Origin: Pelagomonas calceolata
Lineage: Eukaryota
DNA length: 64,000 nt
Assembly: GCA_918797485.1 (NCBI GenBank)
Contig: CAKKNE010000001.1
Coordinates: forward strand, 3,782,001-3,846,000
Reading direction: 5' to 3'
The notes below the pieces were generated by a model. It was not told the origin of the DNA and did no database searches. It saw only the letters and a list, made by a program, of their open reading frames with translations. This document shows positions 1 through 9,578 of this stretch, piece after piece (the first letter of the stretch is position 1; each line of letters begins with the position of its first letter). The translations under genes were made by a program, and so were the position numbers.

Positions 1-323
1 TGATCCAGATCACTATATTAAAAAGACTGTCGGCGTTGACGTACATGTTCGCGGGCTACGCGAAGGGTTTCTTGACGGTCGCCATCTCCGTGCTCTTTTA
101 TCATGAAGAGGTCGATGGTCTGGAGATCTTCGGGTACGTCGTGATGTTAATAGGTCAGTTCATCTGGTCGTTGCGGAAGATTCGGCTGCGGGGGCCGCCG
201 TTGCCGGAAATCGATCATGGTCTTCGTATCAAGCTCGGCTTGGTCGGGGTTTTGGGATTGGTGGTCTTGGTGCTTTCTTTGACGGTGTCCGGGTGTATAT
301 TCTTCCCGTGCCAGGCGGGGTAA
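1..323 (+). CDS. Triose-phosphate/nucleotide-sugar transporter family protein, 3' part (5' end outside window)
   Basis: Frame open from the window edge: IQITILKRLSALTYMFAGYAKGFLTVAISVLFYHEEV plus TM helices, typical TPT/DMT C-terminus. A GTAAGT donor at 320 overlaps the stop, so a further exon is possible. Confidence 0.7.
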   Translation, partial: IQITILKRLSALTYMFAGYAKGFLTVAISVLFYHEEVDGLEIFGYVVMLIGQFIWSLRKIRLRGPPLPEIDHGLRIKLGLVGVLGLVVLVLSLTVSGCIFFPCQAG

Positions 324-675
324 GTTATGTTTTGTAGTTCTGCCTTTTCCCATGCCCCGTCGACGGTGCGTCGGTGGCGTGCTGGCTCGGAGAGATACGT
401 CGATTTCCACTGGATTTTCCAGTCTCGGGCTGCACCGACTACAACCGACTACATACACATCCGAGGCATCGCACGAGCCGAAGAATGGAGATCGGCGTAT
501 CTTCCCGGGCTGTATCCACCCCGAGAGTCCCTACGAACTATCCATCCGCCAGCACGCCGCCGACGGCCCGACGCGACGCACACACACAATCTATAGCATA
601 TATTTTGTAGTTAGTCTTACACAAGTCGCCGAACTGCGTCGACGGCGTCCCGCCCCTACGCCATCGCCGCGTGGC

Positions 676-1155
676 TCAGTGCTCGACGTCGCCCTGTTCC
701 CGCCTAGCCGCCGCCTCCGCCGCCTGCCTCTCAGCCAAAGCCCGCTCCGCGAGCATGCGCCGTTGCGAATCTTCCAGTTTACGTTGCTTCTCGCGCCGCT
801 CCTCGTCCCGCTGCGCGTCGATGACCCACTGGTACTTCGACTCGGTAAGGCCAAACAAATTCGCGACGACCTCCCCCACAAATTCCGCACCCCGCAAGTT
901 CTTCTCGTAGAGCCACCAGAAGCGCTGTCGACACCGCTCCTTCAAGGAATCGGGCCTTTCCTGCCCCTCCTCCCAGTAGTAGGGCCCGAACTCCCAGTCC
1001 GTGGCCATCCACTCTTCGAATCGTTCGAGGCGGTTCGGCTCCCTCGCCGGTTCTTCGGGTTCCTTAATGAGGAAGGGGTCGGGCTCGCCGCGGGCGATGG
1101 CCTCCCGCCGCTCCTGCTCCTGGCGCTGGACCATGGCGAAGACGGTCTCGGCCAT
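676..1155 (-). CDS. FAM177 family protein
   Basis: ATG at 1155 (MAETVF); motif AEFVGEVVANLFGLTESKYQWVID resembles the FAM177 core. Confidence 0.7.
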   Translation of the reverse strand: MAETVFAMVQRQEQERREAIARGEPDPFLIKEPEEPAREPNRLERFEEWMATDWEFGPYYWEEGQERPDSLKERCRQRFWWLYEKNLRGAEFVGEVVANLFGLTESKYQWVIDAQRDEERREKQRKLEDSQRRMLAERALAERQAAEAAARREQGDVEH

Positions 1156-1620
1156 GGTTTTTATAGTGTTGTGCTTTGCTGGTTGGGCAGCTAGGGGCTG
1201 CCGACGGCGTGGTGCGGGCTGCCTGCTGAGTGGTTGCCGCGCGTGTTTTGGCTTCTTGGCTGCCCGATGGCGTTTCGGTGCACGGATTTTGATCTTTGCC
1301 GGACAGCCGCGGACGCCGGCAGACGCGGGGCGGTGGCGAGCCAAATTCCACAGAAAGGGAAACGTCCTTGTTTGTACGTGTGCAGCCACGTCTCTCAGCG
1401 CTGGAAAATGAGCCTTGTGGTCTTGGCGAGCTCTTTTATGTGTCGCAGTCAGCGCGCTCTGTCCTGCAATTACTGTGAGCGACGCCTCTCGTATGCGCCG
1501 CATACTAGTTGCGCACCAACGCAGCCTCGCGCAGCCTCACCTACGGGTCCAGCGCAAGGACAAGAGCAACTTTCCCGGCGAAAAACGGTGCCGCGGCGCC
1601 CGTTTGGACCGAACGTCAGC

Positions 1621-3015
1621 ATGATGCTGAAGAGGGTAATTGCACTCGCCGGCGCGGCCACCGCGCTAGCCCCCCACGCCCTAACAAGAGGCCCGGCCCG
1701 CGCAAGACGGCGGCCCACCTGCGCGTCCTCGACCATCGACGACCTGGCGCGCGGCAAGGTCGTCACCGGCGACGGCACGAAGAGACCGCCGGTCTTCACG
1801 GTAGAACAGCTGCGACGCCTCGCGCGCACAAGAGAGACCATCGAGCGACGCTTCGAGGCGCCTGCGGTAGAAAGACCGGCCGAAGCCCAGCCCAAGGACG
1901 ATGCCGCGCCTCTCAGTAACGAGGAGCTCGCGGCCTGGTTCGCCCCGCCCGTCGACGGCGTCGACACGAAGCGCGAGGAGATCAATGGAGCAGCTTCGTA
2001 CAGAGATCGAGACGAAGGTTTGCACTGGCAGATCCGGAACATGGGTCGGACAAAATTGTTAACTCCCGATGAAGAAAAAGCGTTAGCAAGGAAGGTCCAG
2101 CGCCTCGTGAAGTGGGAAGGGCTACGAGCTAATTTGACCGAGTCGCTGGGCAGGGAGCCGTCCGAGCTCGAGTGGGGCACGGCGTGTAAAATAGCACCGG
2201 AAGCTGTATCAGCTGGTTCCTTCGCGAAGGCGCGGCGGGCCTGCCAGCGCGCCAAAGCGACGATGATCAACGCCAATTTGAGATTGGTCGTTTCCATCTC
2301 GAAAAGGTACCAACATAGAGGCCTCCACTTCCAAGACGTGATCCAAGAAGGGACCTTCGGTTTAACTAGAGCGGTAGAAAAGTTCGACCCCGAGAAAGGT
2401 TTTAAATTTTCTACTTACGCGACGTGGTGGGTGAAGCAGGCCGTCATGCGGGCGATTGCGGACCAATCTCGTACTATAAGGTTACCAGTACATGTGCACG
2501 ACCAGTTGCAGTCACTCAAGAAGGCGGCGCGCGACATTAACTCGGAAGCCGGTCGGGACGCGAAGGAAGAGGAGCTGGCCGGGCGGTTGGATCTGACGTC
2601 GCAGAAGCTCGCCTTTCTGCGAGGGTGTGAAAGCATGACGACTTCCATGGACGCGACCGTTCGCGTTTCGGGAAAAGGGTCTAGCGCGGGCACCGGTGGG
2701 TCTGGCAGTGAGACGAAGGTGGCCGACGGCATCTCCGATCCTGCCGCTTTGCCCGATGAAAGGGCTGAGGCATCTAGCTTGCAATCGGACATCCACGGGC
2801 TGCTGCGGACGTCGCTGTCCGACCGGGAGTGCGACGTGGTTCGACTGCGTTTTGGATTGGACGACGGGCGCGCGCGGACGCTGGAGGAGATCGGGACCGT
2901 CTTCCGCATCACGCGGGAGCGCGTCCGCCAGATCGAAGCCAGGGCGCTCCACAAGCTGCGCCAGCCGTACCGCAACCACCTCCTCGAGGCGTACACGACG
3001 GGCGGCCAGCCGTGA
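1621..3015 (+). CDS. Nucleus-encoded plastid RNA polymerase sigma-70 factor
   Basis: Regions 2-4 (ANLRLVVSISKRY, FDPEKGFKFSTYATWW, RTIRLPVH, TLEEIG..ITRERVRQIE); signal peptide plus ATA-LAP bipartite-type leader. Confidence 0.93.
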   Translation: MMLKRVIALAGAATALAPHALTRGPARARRRPTCASSTIDDLARGKVVTGDGTKRPPVFTVEQLRRLARTRETIERRFEAPAVERPAEAQPKDDAAPLSNEELAAWFAPPVDGVDTKREEINGAASYRDRDEGLHWQIRNMGRTKLLTPDEEKALARKVQRLVKWEGLRANLTESLGREPSELEWGTACKIAPEAVSAGSFAKARRACQRAKATMINANLRLVVSISKRYQHRGLHFQDVIQEGTFGLTRAVEKFDPEKGFKFSTYATWWVKQAVMRAIADQSRTIRLPVHVHDQLQSLKKAARDINSEAGRDAKEEELAGRLDLTSQKLAFLRGCESMTTSMDATVRVSGKGSSAGTGGSGSETKVADGISDPAALPDERAEASSLQSDIHGLLRTSLSDRECDVVRLRFGLDDGRARTLEEIGTVFRITRERVRQIEARALHKLRQPYRNHLLEAYTTGGQP

Positions 3016-3440
3016 ATTCACTATCTTAATAAGTACTCCCCTTTAGTTCATCTCTCGCGGGGCGCCGCGGCTAGCGGGCGCGGCGGCGGCGTAAAGGGCT
3101 CGGCGCCATCACCTTTTTGCACCTTCCCCCGGGCAGTCGTCGCAACGCCATCGTATCTATAGCAAGAGCTCGCGCCGTCAATCTCGCCGTCGCGACCGAC
3201 GCCACTGACAATTTCTACGAAGGTCGCCTCCGAGCTAACACTCGGGGCGACGGCGTACGAGGGCCGGGGGCGGGGCGGGCTATCGTATCCCTAGCAAGAG
3301 CGCCGTCGCGACCTGGACCAGTGTACGGGCGCGGCACGTGGCGCGGCCCCTTCTACACTGCTCCTGATGCCAGTGATGGCGCAACACGCACGCCGTCGCC
3401 GCGGTGGCGTCGAGGGTGCCCGGAAGATTAGAATCAAACC

Positions 3441-5678
3441 TTACCCCTGGGCCTCGTCCGGCGCGAGCGCCGCCTCGAGCGCGGACAGTTGCAGCTTTTT
3501 GGTTGGAGGCGCCGCCGGTAAATTGACGCACTTGTAGCACGTGACACTTCCAGAAGCGTCGCCGACCACTAAAACGGGCGCGTTGTCGGCGAAGAGGCAC
3601 GCCGTCGCCGCGACGCTGATCGGCGCGGGCGGCTCCGGTGGTTTATCCATGGGTGTCCCTGGTGGCGGCGGCGCCTCATCAGCTGACGGAGGCGGCTCCA
3701 CCAAAGGCTGCTCCCTTACCACAGGATCTAAGAGAGAGTGGGCGACGTCCCAAATTTCCACACGACCGTCCCCCCCAACAAGTGCAAACTGCGTCGACGC
3801 CCGCGGCGACCAACACACATCGTTGACCACATCATTTAGTGGAGACGACCCTTCGCTCCGGAACGATGCTGATGGAGACGAAGAAGACTGCGTCCAGAGC
3901 TTGACGGTCCAGTCCGCACTGCAACTCAGAAACACCTTGGGGTCGTAGGGCGACGATCGGACCTTGTAGACCGGACCCGTGTGTCCGGTATAGGATTCGA
4001 GGTACTGCTCGGCGTAGGCATCTGAGCACTTATGGATCGTCCCGTCCTCACAAGCTGTCAAATAGAGAGCCGGGTCGTCCCCCGGAATGTCGAGACACAG
4101 GCCCGACGCCGTGCGCGAGATGACGCCCTCGGCGTCGCCTAACTGTTTCAAAACCATCAGACACGACGCCTCCAGGCCCTTGGACAGAGTCCATTCCAAA
4201 ACCCTGCCATCCGTCGAGGCCGTAACCAACACCTCACCCTTGTCCTCGCCCTTGTCGACCCAGGCCACGCTCCAGACCGGCTCGGCGTGCGCATTCTTTA
4301 GTGATCTACTATCAAATACGGGAGTAGGCTGCAGCGTCTTTTGGCGCACGTCGTAAATATACACGGCGCCGTCCATGAGACCCACCGCCAACAGATGCGG
4401 GTTCTTCGCGCTAAAAGCTATCGATGAACAGCCCGCTTCCAATGAAGCGACTCTTTCAGGGTAGCCCGGATTCCTTAAGGACCAGAACAACACCAGGCCC
4501 CCGTCTTGCGGTAGCGAACCATCGATGACCACACCGTTGTACCCCACCGCGAGCACATCTTCCCTATGCTTGTTCCAGGCCATGCACGTCACCCTCCTGT
4601 TTTTGGTCATGGGCGCCTGCCAGCTCCACAGCGCTTCGACAGACGAACCCCGCTCCGTAGGTTCTACTTCCACCTCATCAACTTCCTCGGCGGCCTCCAG
4701 CTCCTGTTGTACCGAAGGCTTCTCCGCGAACGCGCGATAGTTCATCTGGCGCTCATGATATAAATTCTGTTGAACGCAGCGCTCCATGGCCGCGCAGGAG
4801 AACCCCATCGATACGCCTCGCATGTTCTTCGCGAATTTTTCTTTCAACAAAGCTCGTTCGGGGCCCTGGATCTCTCGTTGTATCGGCACCTCCCTTACGG
4901 ACGGTTTTATTTTCTCGGCCTTGGACTCGACACGATCTTCCGAAACATCTAAGAGGAAGTCGGGCGACGCCTTGGAGGCCGCGACGACTTTCGACGTGTT
5001 CTGGTAGACGTTCCGGTTGATTCGTTGTTGTTTAGACGCCGTGCCCGGCCGCCTCGAGGCCAATTCGGCCTCCTCCTCGGCAACGGCTTGGGCGATGCAA
5101 TCTTGGATATCATAGCTCGTGGCCTGCGTTCCAGCTGACGAAGAAGAAGGCGGCGCCGTCACGCTACCCCGATCCTTCAAGGGAGCATTTAGTGTTTGCG
5201 CGTGCCGCGTCACGTACTTGTCCGGGTTGTTCTTTTTCAAATCCAACGAAGCTTCATACGCCACATTCGCCTGCTCCACTTGTTTAACCTCCTTGGCGTC
5301 GACGGCGACGCACCGGCCCCGGATGCAGAGTAGCGTCTCCGTCGGCGACTCCGTGAGCAGCGTCACGACGGGCGGCACGACGACCTTCTCTTCTTCATCG
5401 GAGTCGCTCCCGGACTCGGAGTAGTAGGACGAGGACCACAGCGTCCCCGTCTCCTCCTCGTCGTCGTGCTGCGTCGTCTCGGCTTCGCGCTCGGCCACAA
5501 CCTCCTCCACCTCGTCCGGCGGCGCCTCGTCCACCAACAACGGTAAAGGCGTCAGGTCAAACCCGTTCTCGACGAGCCGCACCTCGCCCTTGTCATTAAG
5601 GAAGGAGGGGCGCCGGCCCTTTTGGCTGCTGCGCCCGGCGCTGCTCATGGAGATGCTGCGCGGCCGGCTGACGGACAT
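3441..5678 (-). CDS. WDR78: Axonemal dynein intermediate chain, WDR78/DNAI4 (IC138)-like WD40 protein
   Basis: MERCVQQNLYHERQMNYR, GLVLFWSLRNPGYPER, HKCSDAYAEQYLESYTGHTGPVYKV, FLSCSADWTVKLW. Confidence 0.85.
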   Translation of the reverse strand: MSVSRPRSISMSSAGRSSQKGRRPSFLNDKGEVRLVENGFDLTPLPLLVDEAPPDEVEEVVAEREAETTQHDDEEETGTLWSSSYYSESGSDSDEEEKVVVPPVVTLLTESPTETLLCIRGRCVAVDAKEVKQVEQANVAYEASLDLKKNNPDKYVTRHAQTLNAPLKDRGSVTAPPSSSSAGTQATSYDIQDCIAQAVAEEEAELASRRPGTASKQQRINRNVYQNTSKVVAASKASPDFLLDVSEDRVESKAEKIKPSVREVPIQREIQGPERALLKEKFAKNMRGVSMGFSCAAMERCVQQNLYHERQMNYRAFAEKPSVQQELEAAEEVDEVEVEPTERGSSVEALWSWQAPMTKNRRVTCMAWNKHREDVLAVGYNGVVIDGSLPQDGGLVLFWSLRNPGYPERVASLEAGCSSIAFSAKNPHLLAVGLMDGAVYIYDVRQKTLQPTPVFDSRSLKNAHAEPVWSVAWVDKGEDKGEVLVTASTDGRVLEWTLSKGLEASCLMVLKQLGDAEGVISRTASGLCLDIPGDDPALYLTACEDGTIHKCSDAYAEQYLESYTGHTGPVYKVRSSPYDPKVFLSCSADWTVKLWTQSSSSPSASFRSEGSSPLNDVVNDVCWSPRASTQFALVGGDGRVEIWDVAHSLLDPVVREQPLVEPPPSADEAPPPPGTPMDKPPEPPAPISVAATACLFADNAPVLVVGDASGSVTCYKCVNLPAAPPTKKLQLSALEAALAPDEAQG

Positions 5679-5933
5679 TTTTGATACTCGTACGCTTCTC
5701 CTGCCGCGGTCCGTCGCCGCGGGCAGCGTCCCGACGCCTTTTGTCCGGCGCTGTCCTCCGACTTGGCTGCTGCCCCCGTTCCTAGTAGGGAGGCGTCCGG
5801 GCTCCTTCCGAGGCTTCCTCCCCGCGGAGGACGTTTCGGACGGCGGGTCCTGCCAACTCCAACCCGAACTTTGCAGCTTTGCGCGCGCGCGCGCGCGGCC
5901 GCCGCCGCGTGATACGGCTGCCCCTGCGCGACG

Positions 5934-6857
5934 ATGATGGGGCCCGCAGCGCTTCTGTGCGTGGCGAGTTTAGTACCAGCCGTAGCTGGCAGCGCGCTGG
6001 ACAATGACAGCATTAAAACGGCCGTGGCCCTCTGGCTCTCGGACAGCGCCGCCGCCGAGGCGGCGTACGGCCACATTTCTACGTGGGAGACTGGGGGGGT
6101 GACGGACATGTATGCTTTGTTTTGCGGGCATTCCAGTCTGAGTTGGTGCAACTCGGCCGCGGCGTCTTTCAACGAGGACATCGGCGCGTGGGACACCTCC
6201 GGCGTCACAACGATGGACCGGATGTTCTTCTACGCCTCGTCTTTTAACCGAGACATCGGTGCGTGGGCGGTCCACAACGTCAAGTACATGAGCCAGATGT
6301 TCGCCTTAGCCTCGGCCTTTAACCAGGACATCGGTGGTTGGGCGGTTCACAACGTCATGAGCATGTACTACATGTTCCGCGACGCCTCGGCCTTCGACCA
6401 GGACCTCGGCTGGTGCGTGGACGACGGCGTGAACATGGATTCGGCGTTCGGAGGCACCCTTTGCGAATCGACGTCGTGCGGCGTCGTACAAATGGACAAC
6501 TGCCCGACGCCTGCGCCGACGCCCGCGCCGACAGTCACGCCCGCCGGCTGGTTCGGCTCCTCGTCCCAGAAGTCCAACGAAGACGACGACAAGATGATGA
6601 CCCTCGTCGTCCTCGCTGCCTTGCTCGGGCTATCGTTGGCCGCTGGGCTGCTGCTCTTCGCGCTGCGCCAGCAGCAGCTTGCGGCGAAGAAATCGAGCGC
6701 CCCACGCACGTCTACGGTCACTGCCGTGGAACCGAGAGCCCCACGCAAGTTTACGGTCACGGCCGTGGAACCGAGAGCCCCACACACGTTTAAGGTCACG
6801 GCCGTCCAGCCGAGCGCCCCACGCAAGTTTACGGTCACGGCCGTCCAGAGCGTCTAG
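5934..6857 (+). CDS. DUF285/BspA-like repeat surface protein with signal peptide and TM helix
   Basis: Repeats FNEDIGAWDTSGVTTMDRMF / FNQDIGGW; PTPAPT linker; TM segment; 13-aa C-terminal repeats. Confidence 0.85.
   Translation: MMGPAALLCVASLVPAVAGSALDNDSIKTAVALWLSDSAAAEAAYGHISTWETGGVTDMYALFCGHSSLSWCNSAAASFNEDIGAWDTSGVTTMDRMFFYASSFNRDIGAWAVHNVKYMSQMFALASAFNQDIGGWAVHNVMSMYYMFRDASAFDQDLGWCVDDGVNMDSAFGGTLCESTSCGVVQMDNCPTPAPTPAPTVTPAGWFGSSSQKSNEDDDKMMTLVVLAALLGLSLAAGLLLFALRQQQLAAKKSSAPRTSTVTAVEPRAPRKFTVTAVEPRAPHTFKVTAVQPSAPRKFTVTAVQSV
6696..6848 (+). repeat. 39-bp coding tandem repeat, about 4 units (SAPRKFTVTAVEP-like)
   Basis: Four near-identical units such as agagccccacgcaagtttacggtcacggccgtggaaccg. 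Confidence 0.9.
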
Positions 6858-7139
6858 CCGCGCCAATTCGATAAACGCCAAGGCCCGCTCCTCGTCTGCT
6901 CAGAGTCGCGTTCTGAGCACCGTCCCCCGCATCGCCCCTCCCCATCGTACCAAGTAACCAATCGTCACACGAGCACAAGTTATAACCAGACCCCGGCCCC
7001 CAACCCCTCCGCGGCGGTCTCGTCGTCGGCCAGGTCGTCCGGCGCCCTCCTCGGCGCGGCGGCGCTCACTTCGGCGCTCCTCATGCTATGAGTTATTAGA
7101 ACACCACTGGCAGGCTAATCAGTAGTCTTACACAACTTT

Positions 7140-8303
7140 TTAGTCCCCGACGAGCCCCCCAAAATACCGGGGCTCGCGTTTCGCGAGGTCCCGGAACACG
7201 CGCCGCAGCGCGCCCCGCTCGTCGGGCGACAGGTTCCGCGACGGCGCGCGGCAGAGCGGCGAGTCGAGGACGCCGCGGTCGACGAGCGCGAGCTTGACGG
7301 CCTGCGTCCAGCCGAACGGCGTCACCGCGCGGAAGAAGCCGCGCGACGTCGCCTGGAGGGCGTGCGCCTCGGCGCCGCGTTGTCCATAAAAAGCGTCGGC
7401 CACGTCGCGGTGCAGGGGCGCTAACACCGAGAACGAGAGCGAGATGGCGCCGTACGCGTCCTGGGGGTGGTAGGGCAGGTGCGCGAGCGTCTGGGCCTCG
7501 AAGCCCGGCAGGAACGCCAGCCGACCGGCCGCGTCCGCGTCGCAGCACTCGCCGTACTCCCACATGTCCGCGTCGCTGTACTTCATGCCCGCGAACGTCG
7601 GGATCCGCGCCAAGGCCGCGCGCACGAGCTGCGACGGCTTCGTGGCGACGCCCGTGGCCAGCGGGAAGTGGTAGTAGAAGAACGGCGTCGCCGGGGCCGC
7701 GCGTGCCACGGCGGCGCAGTACGCCGCCAGGGCGTCGGCGTTCTCACATTTCACGAAGCGCGGCGCCATTGCACTCACGCCATCTACGCCCACCGAGGCA
7801 GCATGTCGCGCCAGCCGTTCCGCGTCGAGCAACGCGTCGCAGCCGACGTGGACGATGACGCGCAGCCCGTGGCGCGCGCCGCTCGCCGCCCAGGCCTCCG
7901 CGAGCCGCTCGCGCTCGCCGACGCTCAGCGACATGCTCTCGCCCGACGTGCCGCAGACGAAGACGCCGACGCAGCCCTCGCGCCGCAGGTGCGCCGCGTA
8001 CCTATCGACGTTCTTCGTCGACGCCGCGCCGGAGGCGTCGAATTCGGTCACGACGGCGGCCCACTGGCCCGCGAAGGTTTGGGCGTCGCAGTGTGCATCT
8101 GCGGCGTCGTCGCGCAGCAGTAGCGCGGCGGCGGCCGCTGCGCATGCGGTCGCGGCCGCGACGCCGGCGCCGTCCGTCGTCGTCGTGACGGAAAATGCCG
8201 CACCGGAACGCGTGCCGCGCCGCGTGAGGTGCCCTGGGTGCCTGGCGTGAGCGCTGCGGTGTGCGGAGCGCATCGCGCGTCGCACTGCCCGGGCGCTCTG
8301 CAT
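7140..8303 (-). CDS. N-acetylneuraminate lyase / DHDPS-family aldolase with probable organellar presequence
   Basis: GTSGE, VIVHVG, YYHFP and Schiff-base Lys in GMKYS; Arg/Ser/Ala-rich N-terminus from ATG 8303 (start uncertain). Confidence 0.82.
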   Translation of the reverse strand: MQSARAVRRAMRSAHRSAHARHPGHLTRRGTRSGAAFSVTTTTDGAGVAAATACAAAAAALLLRDDAADAHCDAQTFAGQWAAVVTEFDASGAASTKNVDRYAAHLRREGCVGVFVCGTSGESMSLSVGERERLAEAWAASGARHGLRVIVHVGCDALLDAERLARHAASVGVDGVSAMAPRFVKCENADALAAYCAAVARAAPATPFFYYHFPLATGVATKPSQLVRAALARIPTFAGMKYSDADMWEYGECCDADAAGRLAFLPGFEAQTLAHLPYHPQDAYGAISLSFSVLAPLHRDVADAFYGQRGAEAHALQATSRGFFRAVTPFGWTQAVKLALVDRGVLDSPLCRAPSRNLSPDERGALRRVFRDLAKREPRYFGGLVGD

Positions 8304-8554
8304 GCTGTGCGCAGCGTTTTTGCCGCCGGGCGCTATCCAAGATCGCCAAGCGGTACTCGAGCTTTCGTATACACCCAGTGGCAATCTCCAGCACCGCCGG
8401 GTTCTTCCCAGATTAATGTCTGTGGGGCGTTTTGGGCGAGCACTCCGCGTCTCAGGCCGCTGTGCTCTCCGAGCTGCTGGCCAAATCAAGGCCGCCACAC
8501 GAGCCCGCTGCGGCCTCTAGAACGCACAAAAGTGGATCGGATTACGCAAGCAGC

Positions 8555-9517
8555 ATGCGGCTCTCCCTCCTACTCATCTCTCTGACGGCGCCGCGGGCGG
8601 CGGCCTTCCAGAGCCCCCAAGCGCCGCGCCCCATCATCGTGAGGCACAGCACGCCGCCCGACGACGGCACCTTCGGCAGCGACGGCCCGATGATGGCGGC
8701 CGACCCCGAGGCCGAGTTCGCGGCGCTCGAGGCGATGGCGCAGGCGAACGCGGCGCCCGCGGCGCCCGCCGCGGCGCCCGCCGCCGCCGCCGCCGCCCCG
8801 GAGCCGCAGTCCTACGCCGAGGCCGAGGCGCTGGCGCTCGAGCTGTGCGCCGTCGCGGCGGCGGCCGGCGGCGTCGTGGGGAGCCCCGGCGACGAGGGCG
8901 AGGCGCGCCGCCTCTATGGCGAGGCCGTGGCCCTCTTCGAGCAGGCGCTGAAACTGCCGGGCGACGACTATGATGTCAGGCGCGTGTCGGCGCAGAACTC
9001 GCCCGTCGGCGGCGCGCCCGTGCTGCGCGATCTGGAGCGCGTCACGTTTCCTTCAGTATTACAGCGCCAGACGGCGCACTACAACATCGCCTGCTGCCGC
9101 GCGAAGCTCGGACAGGGCGTGGAGGCGTTGGACGCGCTCGAGACGGCTTTATCTTTAGGATTTGACGACTTCCAGTTGGTCCAACGCGAGGGCGACTTCT
9201 CGGCCATCCGAGGCGACGTCGACCGGTTGGTGGCGCGGTTCAAGCCCAAGGGCCTGTTCAAGGACGTGTCCTTTCCCGAACCGCGGGGCGCGCCCGGCGG
9301 GTTGGACCAGGCCGACGCGCCGTCACTCTTCGGCGTCGGGCTGCCCACGCTCCCGAACCCGTTTGGTGGTGGTGAGAAGAAGGAGAAGTCCGCGCCGTCG
9401 CTGCCGTCTCTCCCAAACCCCTTCGGCGGGCTGATGGACGGCATCAAGAAGGGCATCGACCAGCTCGACGACATCGTCGACCTGAAGGACGACGGCCAGA
9501 AGAAGCGGCGGCGGTAG
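8555..9517 (+). CDS. Plastid-targeted TPR-containing protein (MET1-like TPR C-terminal region)
   Basis: Leader MRLSLLLISLTAPRAAA-FQ; YNIACCRAKLGQGVEALDALETALSLGFDDF..EGDF motif. Confidence 0.65.
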   Translation: MRLSLLLISLTAPRAAAFQSPQAPRPIIVRHSTPPDDGTFGSDGPMMAADPEAEFAALEAMAQANAAPAAPAAAPAAAAAAPEPQSYAEAEALALELCAVAAAAGGVVGSPGDEGEARRLYGEAVALFEQALKLPGDDYDVRRVSAQNSPVGGAPVLRDLERVTFPSVLQRQTAHYNIACCRAKLGQGVEALDALETALSLGFDDFQLVQREGDFSAIRGDVDRLVARFKPKGLFKDVSFPEPRGAPGGLDQADAPSLFGVGLPTLPNPFGGGEKKEKSAPSLPSLPNPFGGLMDGIKKGIDQLDDIVDLKDDGQKKRRR

Positions 9518-9578
9518 TGGGTAATTCACGCTTGTTTCGGACATAGAGAAGAAGGTAAACACACGCTTATAGGGGAAT

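Noticed and set aside
3150..3300. 19-bp imperfect direct repeat ATCGTATC..TAGCAAGAG at 3150 and 3282
   Set aside because: Only two copies in a convergent 3' region, with no TIRs or other support for an element.
2000..5000. Apparent periodic AT-rich versus CG-rich patches in coding DNA (nucleosome-linker signature)
   Set aside because: Cannot be established by eye; it needs dinucleotide autocorrelation showing a peak near a nucleosome repeat length.
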